A DNA stretch of 64,000 nucleotides from Oikopleura dioica (Eukaryota > Animalia > Chordata). How positions within the stretch are numbered: position 1 is the stretch's first letter; each line of letters begins with the position of its first letter. A program made the translations under genes and the position numbers. The notes beneath the pieces were generated by a model, which was not told where the DNA came from, did no database searches, and was given only the letters and a program-made list of their open reading frames with translations. The stretch spans positions 15,438,001-15,502,000 of the forward strand of contig OU015567.1 of the NCBI GenBank assembly GCA_907165135.1. The letters are read 5' to 3'. Shown in pieces: positions 13,099 to 26,853 of this stretch.

Positions 13099-15036
13099 AT
13101 CAAAGGATGTCTTTGAAGGTCTCTTGTGATGAGATTGTGGCCAAGGCTCTCTTTTTAGCGCGTTTTTTTGCGATCAGGTGCTCCGATTGATCTCTCCTTC
13201 GCGCACTTGGCGGCCCCGTTTGATGTCGCTTCCGATCAAGCCAATTCCCTTTTATGAAGTAGATCGCCCATTAGCAAATATTTTCTTCAGTTTTCGACAT
13301 CAATGTCAAATCGTTGCTTCGTTGATACGCCTTTTTGTAAGAGTAGTTGTTTGTTTGGGCCAAGTACTAAAAATCGATAAGTGGGAAATAAATGACGTGG
13401 AAATTTTGCTGCGGTCAAGGGTCGTTTTGACAGGGGGTGTAAAAATAAGACTGAGGAATTTTCGCGGTTTCCTCATTCAAAATTCTCATAAAATCCTAGG
13501 TACACATTCGATTACCACTACCAACATAAATTTGTATTTTGATTGCCTTATTCTGAATATGGATTCCTTATCGAACCATTTTGATATGGGCTCAGCAAGA
13601 TGTGTAGAAAACCGGACTCAGGCTCTGTTTCACCATGCCAGAAGTCTGGCGAATCCTGACTCAGGTTTTCCACACAGGTTGCTGATCGAAGATTTGCTTT
13701 TGATTGGAATGAATCTATAAGCACAAATTGATCTAAGAGTAAATCAAATTTGGAGATGTTAATTATGACAAATCTTGTTAGTATCGGAAAAATATCAAAT
13801 GAAAAAAACGAGCTTTTCTTCAACTAAACTTCTAAAAATCATGTTTTCGCTGGAGCGTTAATTTTCTTTACGATAATAATAAGAACCTTCGGAACTTTGC
13901 TTTGAAGAATCGCGAACATATCAAGGCCTTGTTCGTTTCGCAATTTATGCATCACGCCGTCGCCGCTTTATCATGAAACGATTTCACATGGGCCCTTCGT
14001 TTCTTGGCTGATTAAAGGGACCGGCGGGCCGGCTGGCTTTGATGTCTTTGTATCTACTACAAAGTGGAACCTGTTCTAGTTTTAGGCAAGCCAGGCCTCA
14101 TTAGGGCGCTCCCGCGTTGATCAGATAAAGGAAAATTCAATTCGTGGCTGGAGGCGACCTCATAGCGCCGCACTTTACGCGCTCTTCCACCACCGTTTTT
14201 TTTTTTCTTCCTCTTTCAAAAGAAAAAATATCCAAAAATCTAAACGTTTTCGAAAAAAAAACTTTGAAGAACACAGAAGTCATAAATAGAAACAACGCGT
14301 ATTTTCTCTCTCTTTCAGAATTAGAAGAAAACGAAACACGAACGAGAATCGGAAATTGTTAAAGAGAATATAAAGAAGCAAATGTTTGGATGCCACTAGA
14401 GAGACCACCCGTTATTGGGGCAGAGGATGCACATAACACAGGTAATAATTTACAGTGATTATCGAAGTCATCGAAAAGACGCTCGCGGCTTCGATCAAAA
14501 ACTTCAGAAAAGCCGCAGTTTTGTGCGGCTTCTCGATTTTCAGACTGGTTTTTATAAATTTCAATTTTACAATTACTTATTTTCATAATAATTCTTTACT
14601 CGGGCATATGTACAGTAAGATGATAAAAGGCGTTCTTTGATTTGTCTGCATAAATTGGTCGCGGGCTCGTTCTGCGTTGTGAGTGTTTGATCTCATTAGG
14701 ATTTGTGGGAAACCGTTGTGGCGGTGCCTTTGAAGTTGATAAACGCGCGGCGGCGCCCGTTTGACATAGATTTTACAGATCAGCTGATTTGATTGGGACT
14801 CGCCGGCGGCGCCTGCTTTCATCTTCTGTCAAACGCACCGACCGGTTTTAAATTCTCTGTTAGTAAATAAAACGTTAGAGCTTTCGAGGAAGCGGCTGCG
14901 ATTCTAGCTCCAGTCTAGCCGAAGAGAAAAAATAGGCGGGTAGGTGGCCCCCGCTATATCGACTAAGAGTGATAAATCGGCCCCTTTGATCTCGCATGAT
15001 GATCTGATGGAGGCACTTTACATGAATCCTTTGAAC
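13099..15036. promoter_or_regulatory. Cluster of TCF/LEF consensus sites (CTTTGAW) with GC-rich helper-like motifs upstream of Axin
   Basis: Sites at 13099 (rev), 13111, 13900, 14037, 14262, 14635, 14727, 14983 and 15028. GGCGGT abuts the 14727 site and CCGGCGGGCCGGC precedes the 14037 site. Confidence 0.55.
13586..13685. mobile_element. Short degenerate copy of the CCTGACTCAGG fold-back MITE family
   Basis: Inverted ends TGTGTAGAAAACCGGACTCAGG ... CCTGACTCAGGTTTTCCACACA, matching the copies at 49141 and 63513. Confidence 0.55.
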
Positions 15037-15247
15037 TCGCTGGGAGATCTCATTCTCTTTACTGAGATTAAATCCGGCAGAGAAAATTCAACGCCAAGTT
15101 TTTTTTTCAACAAATTACCGACAAGAGATTCCCAAGAAAAAACTGGTTAGTTGTAAATATTTCCCCGAAGATAGTAAAGTAATATTTACCGTCAAAGATC
15201 TCCTCAAAGACGTTCACAATCCTGAAAAGTAATTACGCCAATTTTCA

Positions 15248-17185
15248 GATCGACTCAGAGCCGAGTGGTATTTGATGAACAATCATCATGAAGCTTTCGA
15301 AGACGTCCTCAGCAATGCGGAGAAGCACGAAGAGTTCAGAAATTATCTAGAAGAAAACGACGAGCGCGGAAAAGACATTCTATTCAAGATCAATGTCGTT
15401 CGAGTAAGTTCTTACACAAACTTCAAGAACAGTATCTAGCGTCTTATATAGGGACTTATCATAAAATGGTCGGAAAACTGCGACAAGGGAACAAAAAACT
15501 TGAAAGAAATCATCTTCTTCCTCTTCAAAAGCTCGCCCCAGCTGCTGAAGAAATTCGACCGACGCGACGAAGACTTCAACATCCACGCGGTCGAGCAATG
15601 TACTGCTGAGTTGAAGAAAGCATGGGATCAGAAAAGTAAAAAAGAAATTGCCGCTGAGAAGGCGGAAGCCCTCGTTTCCGCCTACCAAGAGACGCTCAAT
15701 GCGATGAAAAAGTGCCTTCAGATCAAAAGCTTTCCCTTGTACCTCGAGCACAAGGCCAGCTTCCAGCCGCCTACTTTCGCTCTTCCTGAAATACCAGAAA
15801 ACAGAGTAAGCATTTCATCATCTTGTTCCTATTCTAACTCTTCTTTCAGGAGTGCCGGCTGACCAGCGCCAATCTGCTGCGAACCCAGAGCAGCAGATCG
15901 CAGCACTCAACCCGCGAACCTTACTACAACTCAAACTACAGACCTCCGCCAACCAGCCACAACAATTCCGAATACGCCAGCCAAAGCTCCGACTGTACAT
16001 CCGACACGCTTTCATTCACCACCGATTCCGACCATTTCACGTCCGAAGAAAACAGAAAGAGACGCGAAAAGGTAGTCTATTCTTTTTTACTTCTAAGTCA
16101 ACCCTTTCCCTAGAAAAATCGAAGGCGGATGCTTCAAGCGAACCAATCGTACACGGGAAAATGCAACTTGCCCAAGTACGAGAATCCCAAGGAGCCGGAG
16201 CCACCAAAAGCTATTGATCCAAACCTCGTCATGCGGGATCAAAAGAAGTTCCACGAGATCCTGTGTGAAAAACTACGCGCTTATATCAAGAAACAGGTAA
16301 TCACTCAAAGCCAGGGATTGGCTCTAAGATTCGTTTAGGATCAAAATGCCGATGACAATATACTCGACGAGCATATACGTACCAAGATGACGACGCCTGG
16401 CTCTCATACTCCCACACATCGACCTATCGTTCAGTTCCCTGCCACGCATCACCGTCCTCATGGCCTTCACATGGGCCCGCTTCCCTCAACGAATCCTCTC
16501 CCCGCAAAAGACCTGAGCCAGGACGTCACTGGCAAAGTCACCGGCTGGCTGCGCGAATCCGATCGCGAAATCGAAAGAAGACGAGCCAGTAGCAAGACGA
16601 AATCGAAGAACAAACACTCGCAGTCATTCAGTTCTTACGCCACAAATTCCGGCTACGAAAACGCGCAACGACAATCTGGCGCGAGCAGGCGAAATCAAAC
16701 CATGAACCAGTCGTACAGCCATGAGAACCCGCAGAGTCATTTGAGCGTCGACTCAGGTCTCAGCTCGATCAGGCGACCGGAACACGACGATAATGACTTC
16801 GAAATGAGGGGCATCAAGGATCGACTCATTCAAGAAACAGAAGGAGAAGTCGTCACCAGAGGCCTTTACCACTACAACGACGAGAAATACGTTGTTAAGT
16901 ATGTCCAATCAACTAACAAATTATCTATTACTAATAGAGTTACCATAAATCCAAAATTTTCAGTATAATCGAAGAGTTCTAACGTTTGATTTCAGAGTTC
17001 CCGGACGACCACCGACTTTTGACGCCTTCCGAAAGAAGTACCACGATTCATCGAGCCTCCAAGCCGTGCGTTTCTTCTTCAAGTGCGAGGACGGAGCGTG
17101 GATGGAGGTCCAAAACCTCGATGAACCGCTTCCCGTTGTGAACGATCTCGTCGAAGCCAAGGTCCACGAGCAGCGTCTCGACTGA
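15248..17185 (+). CDS. AXIN: Divergent Axin (RGS - GSK3-binding - beta-catenin-binding - DIX); 5' exon(s) not resolved
   Basis: RGS-like AFEDVLSNAEKHEEFRNYLEE...AYQETLNAMKKCLQIKSFPLYL. GSK3 helix DQKKFHEILCEKL (cf. EPQKFAEELIHRL). Beta-catenin motif NILDEHIRTKMTTPG (cf. SILDEHVQRVMRTPG). Terminal DIX YHYNDEKYVVKVPGRPPTFDAFRKK...VRFFFK...WMEVQNLDEPLPVVNDLVEAKVHE. Confidence 0.85.
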
Positions 17186-17738
17186 TCGACAACCCGTCTA
17201 CCTGAAAACAATTCTATCACTCCCTCTGAAAACACCATCCAAAATTGTTCACCTTCAAACAAAAAATTCAGCTGAATTATATTTATTCATCTTTTTGCTT
17301 TTTCGACGAAACCTGCAAATAAAAAGAATCTTTTTGTCGACTTTAGTTTTTGTAAATTTGATCACATGTAGAACCGCATGATTTTACCGATAACTCTTGG
17401 TTCTAGTCCGGTAAAGGGTAGCAGCGCCAGCTCGATTTTACACTGAGTTTGAAACGGCCCGCGACGGGAAATCACAGTACATCTTGATTACAGTGGATCG
17501 AATACAAAGCCTATGAGGTGTCTATCATTTGACCGGCAGTCAGAATTCCGGAAAATCTTATGGTTTCATTTTTTCTCTAGAAACAAAAAGTCAACTGCCA
17601 AATTGGAAATGGATCGAGCTCTTATTTTTCTCTGGAATAGTGCAACTTTGCATTTCTTGTACAAAATGTTTTCGTAGTAGAGAAGGAGCCTCAATTCTCA
17701 TTTTTTCTGATTTCAGATAAATTTGAATTTGCGTGAAG

Positions 17739-19252
<1,514 letters not shown>

Positions 19253-19423
19253 TCAAAATTCACGTTTAGCTTACTTTACATTCTCTCGCATTTTACTTGT
19301 ACTGTGAACGACTGTTACGGAAAAATATTTTGAGTCAAATACATGTAAAAGATTTCACTAGAGACCGACCTTTGTTTTACTACCAAATTTTAACTATTCT
19401 AACGCATTAAATTTTTAGGAAAA

Positions 19424-21636
19424 ATGATGAGGCCATCTATATCGGAATCGGAAATCGATGAGCCAATAGACCTTACAGGAGAGTCTTCATCAAGTTCAAT
19501 TCTGAGGCCCTCGCAGAGGGAGAACTTGCCGTCTTCAGAATCCCAGGAAAGCTTGGATTCTTCATCAAAGTCTGTCCCTAATCTCAAGGAACTTCAAATC
19601 ACGAACTCACAAGAGCCTCCCGTCGCACAGCGTATGCGTTCCTCATCGCGCACCAATGTAAAGCATCTGGACAAGCCTGATGACTCGGGAGAAATTGTAT
19701 TAAAAATAGATACCGCCGAGCTGGAAAAAATGAAAGTCAAGAAATGTCGATTCCCAAGACTCACCTCATTGCCTTTTCTTGGAGAGATCGCGGAGTCCTT
19801 CGCCAACTCCGTAAATAATTATGAGAACCGACTTCGTTATCTGAAAAAGAAGCATCCTCGGACAGAAAGCGACGACGAAAAAGAATGGTTTTACAGGCCA
19901 AGAGGTTCACATGACAACGTATCAGCTTCTTCAAATCCGCACACATCAAATTTACCTTTGTCAGTTGAATATAACCTCTATTTTCCAACCGATAAAATGA
20001 TGCCCGACGCAACTCCCTCTGAAATCGCCAGAATCGACCATTACAGAGACATGTTCAAGTGGGAAAAGCGTCATACGAACTGCGCAAAGCGCAAAGTGGA
20101 ATACATAGTGGACTTCAAGCGAAAAAATCAGCACGATTTGTACAAAGTAAAATGGTGCGGCATTCCGGAGGTTGGCGCGACCTGGGTGCGGCTGATCGAC
20201 ATTCCTTTGCATCGCTACAACTTCAGTCAGAAAATAAACGATTTCTGGAAAGCGGCTAAAAAAGTACTACCTCACAAGAAGATGCCCGTTGTCCGTCGTT
20301 CTAACTACTCGATTCCTCCTGAGTACTCGGCAAAGATAATCACCGACTACGTCAAAGAAAAACACCAAATTATGAAAAAGATATTAGCGCAAAATCCTCT
20401 TGGTGAGAATCTAATGATCGAAAATGAATTCGACTTGTACAAAACGCCATTTTCATTTGAGTTCATCAAAGAGAACAAATTCATCGGGAACGAAACACAG
20501 CGGGAAGAATTTCGAAAGGAACTAGAAAGTCAGGAAGAAGTTGCGAATGCGATGGGGCATTTATGCATGGAGGAGTGCGGCGAATGCACGACAGAGTTGT
20601 ATAACCAATACGACTTGGCTCCTCATAAAGCGACTTGGACGAAGTACAGACATTATCAACACGTTCTGACAGAAGAAGGCGATGACTACTGGAAAGTCGT
20701 CCATCCACATAAGTTCCTCATCTTCGAGTGCACAGATGGCTGTGTTTGCCGTAAAAATGGAACTTGCAAAAACGATCAGCTTTCGAAACTCCGAGCAAAC
20801 TACAAGAAAACGAAGTTTTCCGTCTTCAGAACTGGCGACGACCGTGGTTGGGGGCTGAAAGCCATGCAGCGTTTCAAAGAAGGCGAGGCAGTCATAGAAT
20901 ACGTCGGCGAACTGATGAGAGAGGAGACGTTTCGACAGGCAGAGACAAAACTTTGGCGAAAGGGCCTTATGTACAGGCAGGGTTTGAAAATTTGATGAGG
21001 CCTGTTTCGCGTGGAACTTTACCGTTACCACGAAAATCGTTTGTCAAAAACACTTTGATTTTATCAAGTCTATTTTTCTTCGTTCGGGTCACTAGTTCAT
21101 AGGGTTCGTATTTTAGAAGTTAGAAACGGCGAAAGTCAACGATCGCGCGATATTTTTCAAATCCTTTCAACAGTATGGACTTGCCGGTAAACGACAACAA
21201 CTTCCATGAATATGTTATCGACTCGTCAAGGAAGGGCAACCATAGCCGGCTTATTAACCATTCCTGCGACCCGAACTTGACCGTTTACAATATCATCAAA
21301 GATGATAGAAATGTGAATCGCCCGTGCCCAGTTCTCTTTGCGTTGAAAGACATAGAACCCGGCACTGAATTGACGTTCAACTACAAGGTCAAGGTGAAGC
21401 AGGCGAAAGAAGAGGATGATTCGAGCGACGGATCGTCAACTGAAGGAGACTCAGAAGAGGTTGAATGGGCAGGCGAAAACGGACAGCCATTCGTCTGTCA
21501 ATGTGGAAGTAAAAATTGCAAAGATCGTCAGCAGAAAAACATGAAGAAAAAGAAGAAGCAGGATAGTAAAAAGCGGAAGATTCAGACAAGTTCGAAGAAT
21601 AAACCGAGTAAAAAGCCAAAAGCCGAAGATATCTAA
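19424..21636 (+). CDS. SUV39H: SUV39H-like histone H3K9 methyltransferase (chromo, pre-SET, SET, post-SET)
   Basis: Chromo KVEYIVDFK...YKVKWCGIPEVGATW. SET RTGDDRGWGLKAM...VIEYVGELM, GNHSRLINHSCDPNL, ELTFNY. Post-SET CQCGSKNC. One intron (~20977-21173) needs a GC donor to keep the frame. Confidence 0.8.
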
Positions 21637-22294
21637 TTCAAGCGCAGTTGCAAACGAAGAGCCTTGTCCTTTGTTCCGTAGAGTTCTAATTGAAGCTGTT
21701 CCACTGTTCCATTTATTTATATAATCTTCACAATTTTTCTATTTTTCACAATTTTGACCCGCTTTACTGCCAACGGTCAAACTCAAAAATAAATGCGAAA
21801 ACATAATCAACCGACAGTCTTTGAAGATTCGTTCCCATACCATCTAGACCTTACAGTAACTCATTCTGCTTTCAATTGAAATTTTTTCTTGACCGTTAGT
21901 CCAAAAGATTTCTGATTGCATCCAGTCTACTTTTTGGCGAGTTCAATAGTTCAATCAATTTTGGTTCGGTCCATATTTTTGGAAATTGGAAGTGGCTAAA
22001 ATTTAGCGATCGCGCGCTGATCGGTTGAAATCAGGTCCGGCGCTAAGACGGTTGCTCTCATTCGCCTTCGTTTCACACTTGTGGACTGCTGCATTGTCAA
22101 TTATATTTTCCAAAAAGACAGAGAAATAGATTAATTCATAATTTTCAGAGATTCTATTCAGTAAATTCATTCTTATTATTAGAGATAGTGAGCCTTAATA
22201 TTTATAATTTATGTATCCTTCTATGTTTAGTCGTCATTTTAGCTCGTAAGTTGTGGTGCATCTTTTTAATTCTCCTTTTTTTAGATTGTTAAAA

Positions 22295-25200
22295 ATGTTC
22301 GGCAAGCGAAGACGGGAGAGCCTATGTGCGTCGAATATCGCGACAGAAGAGAATAAAATGACGGTAAGCATTTTAAATTACTATCCTTCGCAATAAACGA
22401 TTCATTTTAGACGGTCCTGCGAATCCGTCCGACCGCCGGGATCGACGACTACGACGATAATTACCTCCGTATCAACCAGTTTGATTCGGAGGTAACGCTT
22501 ATCCCTCCGGAGTTTCGACCAGGTGCTCCGGCGGAGAAGTTCAAATTCGACCAGATCCTCGGCCCGGAAGTCCAACAGCCAGAAGTGTTCAAAAACACCG
22601 TCAACAACCTGGTCAAGGCAGCGTTCGATGGAAAGAACGCCTGCCTCTTTGCTTATGGCGCCAGCGGTTCTGGAAAAACTCACACGATGATGGGCAAGCC
22701 ATCTGATCCAGGAGTTATTCCACGAACCCTGGAATTGCTTTTTAAGGCTGTGGGCGGCCAGATCGATGAGAACGAACAGCTCATTGCGACAGGTAATCTT
22801 TAAAATCTAAAGATATCAATTATCTACTTTATTTTTAGGGAGCTGTTCTATTCGAGAGGGGACGAAAAGCGAGCTGAAAGAGAACGAGAAAGCTCGTCTC
22901 GAGGTGCGTCAGCTCGCCAAGGGCGCTTCGTCGAAGAAAGGACCTCGTCGATCGATCACGTCAGTTCCCGACGAGCCTTTCCAGCAGCGACTAGACGATG
23001 TCGACTTCGAAATCGACAACGATTCGACATACGTCATCTACGCTTCGTTTTACGAGCTCTACAACGAAAAGGTAATTCAGTTGAGATCAACGAGGACTAA
23101 CTTTAAAACATAACTTTAGGTCTACGACCTGCTCGTTCCGATGCCAAAAGATAAGAAGCGAGTGGCGCTGTCGGTGAAGATGGACCACAAAGGCGCCTAC
23201 GTGAACAAGCTCCGACAGATTCGAATTAACTCGCCGCACGAAGCGCTCACTCTTCTGAAGGCGGGTCAACAAGGTCTGACTACTGGAGCTACGCGTCTCA
23301 ACTCCGACTCTTCACGATCGCACTGCTTGTTCACCCTGCGCATCGCGAGAAAAGTCAACAAGCATGCCTTCCAAGTGTCCAATCTGGCCTTTTGCGACTT
23401 GGCTGGCACTGAGCGCGGAAAGAAGCTTGGTCGCGCCGACCAAAAGCTTCTCAGCGAATCGAAGACGATTAACAAGTCGCTAATGCAGCTGCGACTTGTC
23501 ATAACCGATCTTCAAGGGCTTCAGAAGAACGGAAACAAAGTCGTCTCCTTCCGAAATTCGAAGCTGACGCAGCTGATGGAGCCGTATCTCGTTGGACATT
23601 CGATGACATGCATCATGATCGCTGTGTCCAACGATCCAGAGATCTACGACGATACGCAGCGATCGTTAGAATTCGCCTCAACGGCCCAACAGATTCAAAT
23701 GGGCCTCGATCGTCACGGCAAGAAGCTGAAAGAGTCTGCGAAGCTCAATCTTTCTCGGGTTCCATCGCCCGAGGAAGAAATTGAGGATACGATGCATCAA
23801 GACGAGCACGAAATCGATGACCCCTACGGCGTCGGCACTGACTTTTCCGACTGGACGAAGCAGGATGTCATCGACGATCTCGTCTACTATATGCACTTCG
23901 TCAAAGACCGCGAGCAGTGCATCCAGCGAATGAAAATCGAATGGCAGAAAGACGAACAGGAGTGGAACGAGTACAAAGTCAGCTACGAAGAAAGAATCGA
24001 AGACTTGAAGATTCTTCGTCATAATGCACGAGCGACTGGTACTAACGATCTGATCGACGCGGAAGAACGGTATTCTAAGAAACTCAAAGGTCTGAATACT
24101 GTCATCGAGGACCTAAAGAAAAAGCTTTCGAAAGCAGCCGGGACCGAGAAACTCGATGAGCTTACTGCGGAGAACATCAGCCTCCAAGAAAAGATCGATT
24201 CCCTGAACAGCCAGATCGAGCTCGACAATCAACAAATCATCGATTTGGAGCGCAGAAAAAATGATGAACTCGACGCTAAAATCTCCGAGATCACTTCACT
24301 CAAGGCTGCTGCTGACAGTCATCAACTGACCGTTTCCGATTTGAAGTGCACCATCAGCGCTTTGCGAGAAGAGCTCGACGCTGAACGTGGTCCAGGGCCT
24401 ATGAGTCCCATTAGCGAGAGCACCCATGTCTTCGAACCGAACAACACGAGGCAGCTATTCCGAGATTCGTTACCCGCGGCTTCAAGTCATAAGATTAACG
24501 ATCTCGAAATCGAAAACAAGCAGCTCCTCGAGGACAACGATTCGCTACGACATCAGATTGAGATCGGCAAAGAGATGCTCTCGAATTTGCGCAGAGAGAA
24601 GTCTGAGTTGCGAGCGGCGCTTGAAAAGACCCAAGATGAGGACGTGACATCTGAACTTCAGGAGCAAGTCCAGCAATACGCTTCCAACTTGTCCTCGATG
24701 AAAGAACAGTACCAGTCACTTGAGAATCAGCTCGAGGAAGTCCGTCAAGATAAAAACAGCTTGGCTGAGAAACTTGAGCTCCAAATTGACCGTAAGTTTT
24801 AGAATCGAATTAGATTTACTTTTTTTATCAAATATTTCAAGCGATAACTAACTTTTCAGAACTGGCGAGGTCCGAATCCGAATGCGACGAGCTCCGACGG
24901 TCAGCAGAGCAACTCAAAGAGCGTATTCACGGCGTGGAAAGATGCCTGGAAACATCGGAAAAAGAAAAGCTCGAGGCTCAAAAAGGTAAATCAAAGGATT
25001 TTATTCTTAAACTCAATGTGCAAATCCTCATTAGCGCTGGAACTCTTCAAAACAAAATCAGAATCGCTGCAATCTGATAGTGAGAGAATGAAGGAGCTCA
25101 ACCAGGAGCTGACAACTTTGAGATCTGACTTTTCAACGCACCTCGAAAAGTCAAAGGAGCTGGAGCAAAAACTCTCTGAGAAGATAATAACAATTGATCT

Positions 25201-26323
25201 GCAGAGTGAGGCAAAAAATCTATTTTCAAAATCAATTTCTTCAAACCTTGTTAAGAAAATCGACGAGCTTCAACACGAGTTGAACAACGAACGAATTTCT
25301 AAGGATCACGAGATAGCATCACTCGCTGGTGATTTGGAAAAGCTCAAGGTCTCGCAAAAGGCGTCTGAGGAAGCATCCGAAAGCGACAAGCAAGAACTTG
25401 CGAATCTGAAGGATGATGTTTCGAGCTTGACTTCCGAGATTGCTGCCAAAGAAGTCGCCATCAAAAAGCTCGAAGATGAGCTCGAATCCATCAGCTCGTC
25501 AAAATCGGACGCTCTTGAAAAAGCAAAGAACGATCTTCTTGCTGCTGAAGAATCTTCAAAGGCCGATTTGGAGAAGGCGAAGGCCGATCTGAAACAGGGC
25601 CAAGAAGATCTTAAACAGGCCGAAGAAGAAATTAAACAGGCCCAAGAAGATCTGAAACAGCTGAAAGAGACTTCTGACGCCGAGCTCGTCCGAGTCAAGC
25701 AGATCATGGAGGAAGAAATCGAAGAGCTCCAAAGCGTTGTCGCCACACTTCGCGAAAAAGCTGAAGCTGAAATATCTCCTCCAACTGACTCAGAGGAAGT
25801 CGAAAAGCTTCAAGCAGAGGTAAAATTTATAATTTATTTATAGAAATCTAATATTTGGATTCAGATCGACGAGCTCAAAGAAGCTCTCAAGGACAAGAAT
25901 TTTCGATCGAAGCTGCGAAAACAGCTCGATAAAGAAAAAGAAGAGTCCGCATCTCTGCGAAAGAAGCTTGCCAAGATGGAGCAGCAGCTTCAAGAAAAAG
26001 AAGCCACCATCGAACGGTCGCTCACCTCTTCTTCGATCGTCAAAGGCGAGGTAAGAACCAAATTATCTATTTTCATCCAATTGATTCTTTTCTAGCCGAG
26101 CTCTATAGAGCAATCCAGCACCGAGGACTCAAAGGTGAAAGATGAGCCCGACGAAGAATGGGTTCAGCCAAAGCCTCAAACTCCTCTGCAGCGTATCAAG
26201 AACAAGCTGACCGGAAACACTCGAAAGAAACGTCAACTTGCTCCCCATTCGCCTGATGCGATGGAAAACTCTCCAGCTGCTGCTGAGGTCCCAGCTCGCC
26301 GAACTCGACGGCAAAGAAAATAA
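22295..26323 (+). CDS. KIF20: Kinesin-6 family motor (KIF20-like) with long coiled-coil tail
   Basis: VLRIRP, FAYGASGSGKTHTMMG, a long insert after the P-loop region, SFYELYNEKVYDLL, NSDSSRSH, CDLAGTER, FRNSKLTQL, then heptad-rich exons including a 21-bp tandem (DLKQ..E) at ~25586-25660. Confidence 0.82.
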
Positions 26324-26853
26324 AACTTGTCGTCTTTCATCTGTATTTATTCCATCCACCATCATCATTTTTATCACGTCATGTTTTTTCCAAATTGCAT
26401 GCCGTCATGGCATGCCCTACAAATTTCACCAAACATCCTCGCACAAGTTCACCATTCCAAATTTAACTTTCACATTCCCCTTTACCCCCACTGCCCTTAT
26501 CAAGTGCTACCCAACAATAAATTGAACTCAAAACTTATCAAAAATGTCTCTTTTTGTTTCAATAATAAGAGATCATCAAGCTTTTACAGTATTTTTGCAG
26601 GCATTTATGAAACGCATTGTCCATTCATGAAATGTTTTCTGGTACTTCTTGCAGCTTTTGTTTTTGATAACATGGGCGTTTTCTGAAGTCCAAATATTTG
26701 CTCGCCCGATTTATATGTTTGCAGAATCCGCAGTCTATTATCCTCCGACTTCTTTTGAATCATTTTCATCAACTGATGTCGAGATATTTAGAATTCGCTT
26801 CCGAGTGGCAAAAGTTTATTGTCCAAAAGTCTGAAGTCTTGAGCGAACTCGAG

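Noticed and set aside
12355-13720. Protein-like ORF fragments between PGAP1 and Axin
   Set aside because: Frames break repeatedly and contain repeat modules; at most unidentifiable relics.
23394-23415. Kinesin switch II variant DLAGTE instead of DLAGSE
   Set aside because: Conservative single change with all other motor motifs intact; no basis for a functional claim.
25306-25746. Long antisense ORFs (also 31002-31487, 61071-61556, 6489-6839, 20561-21031)
   Set aside because: Shadow frames opposite E/K-rich coding exons.
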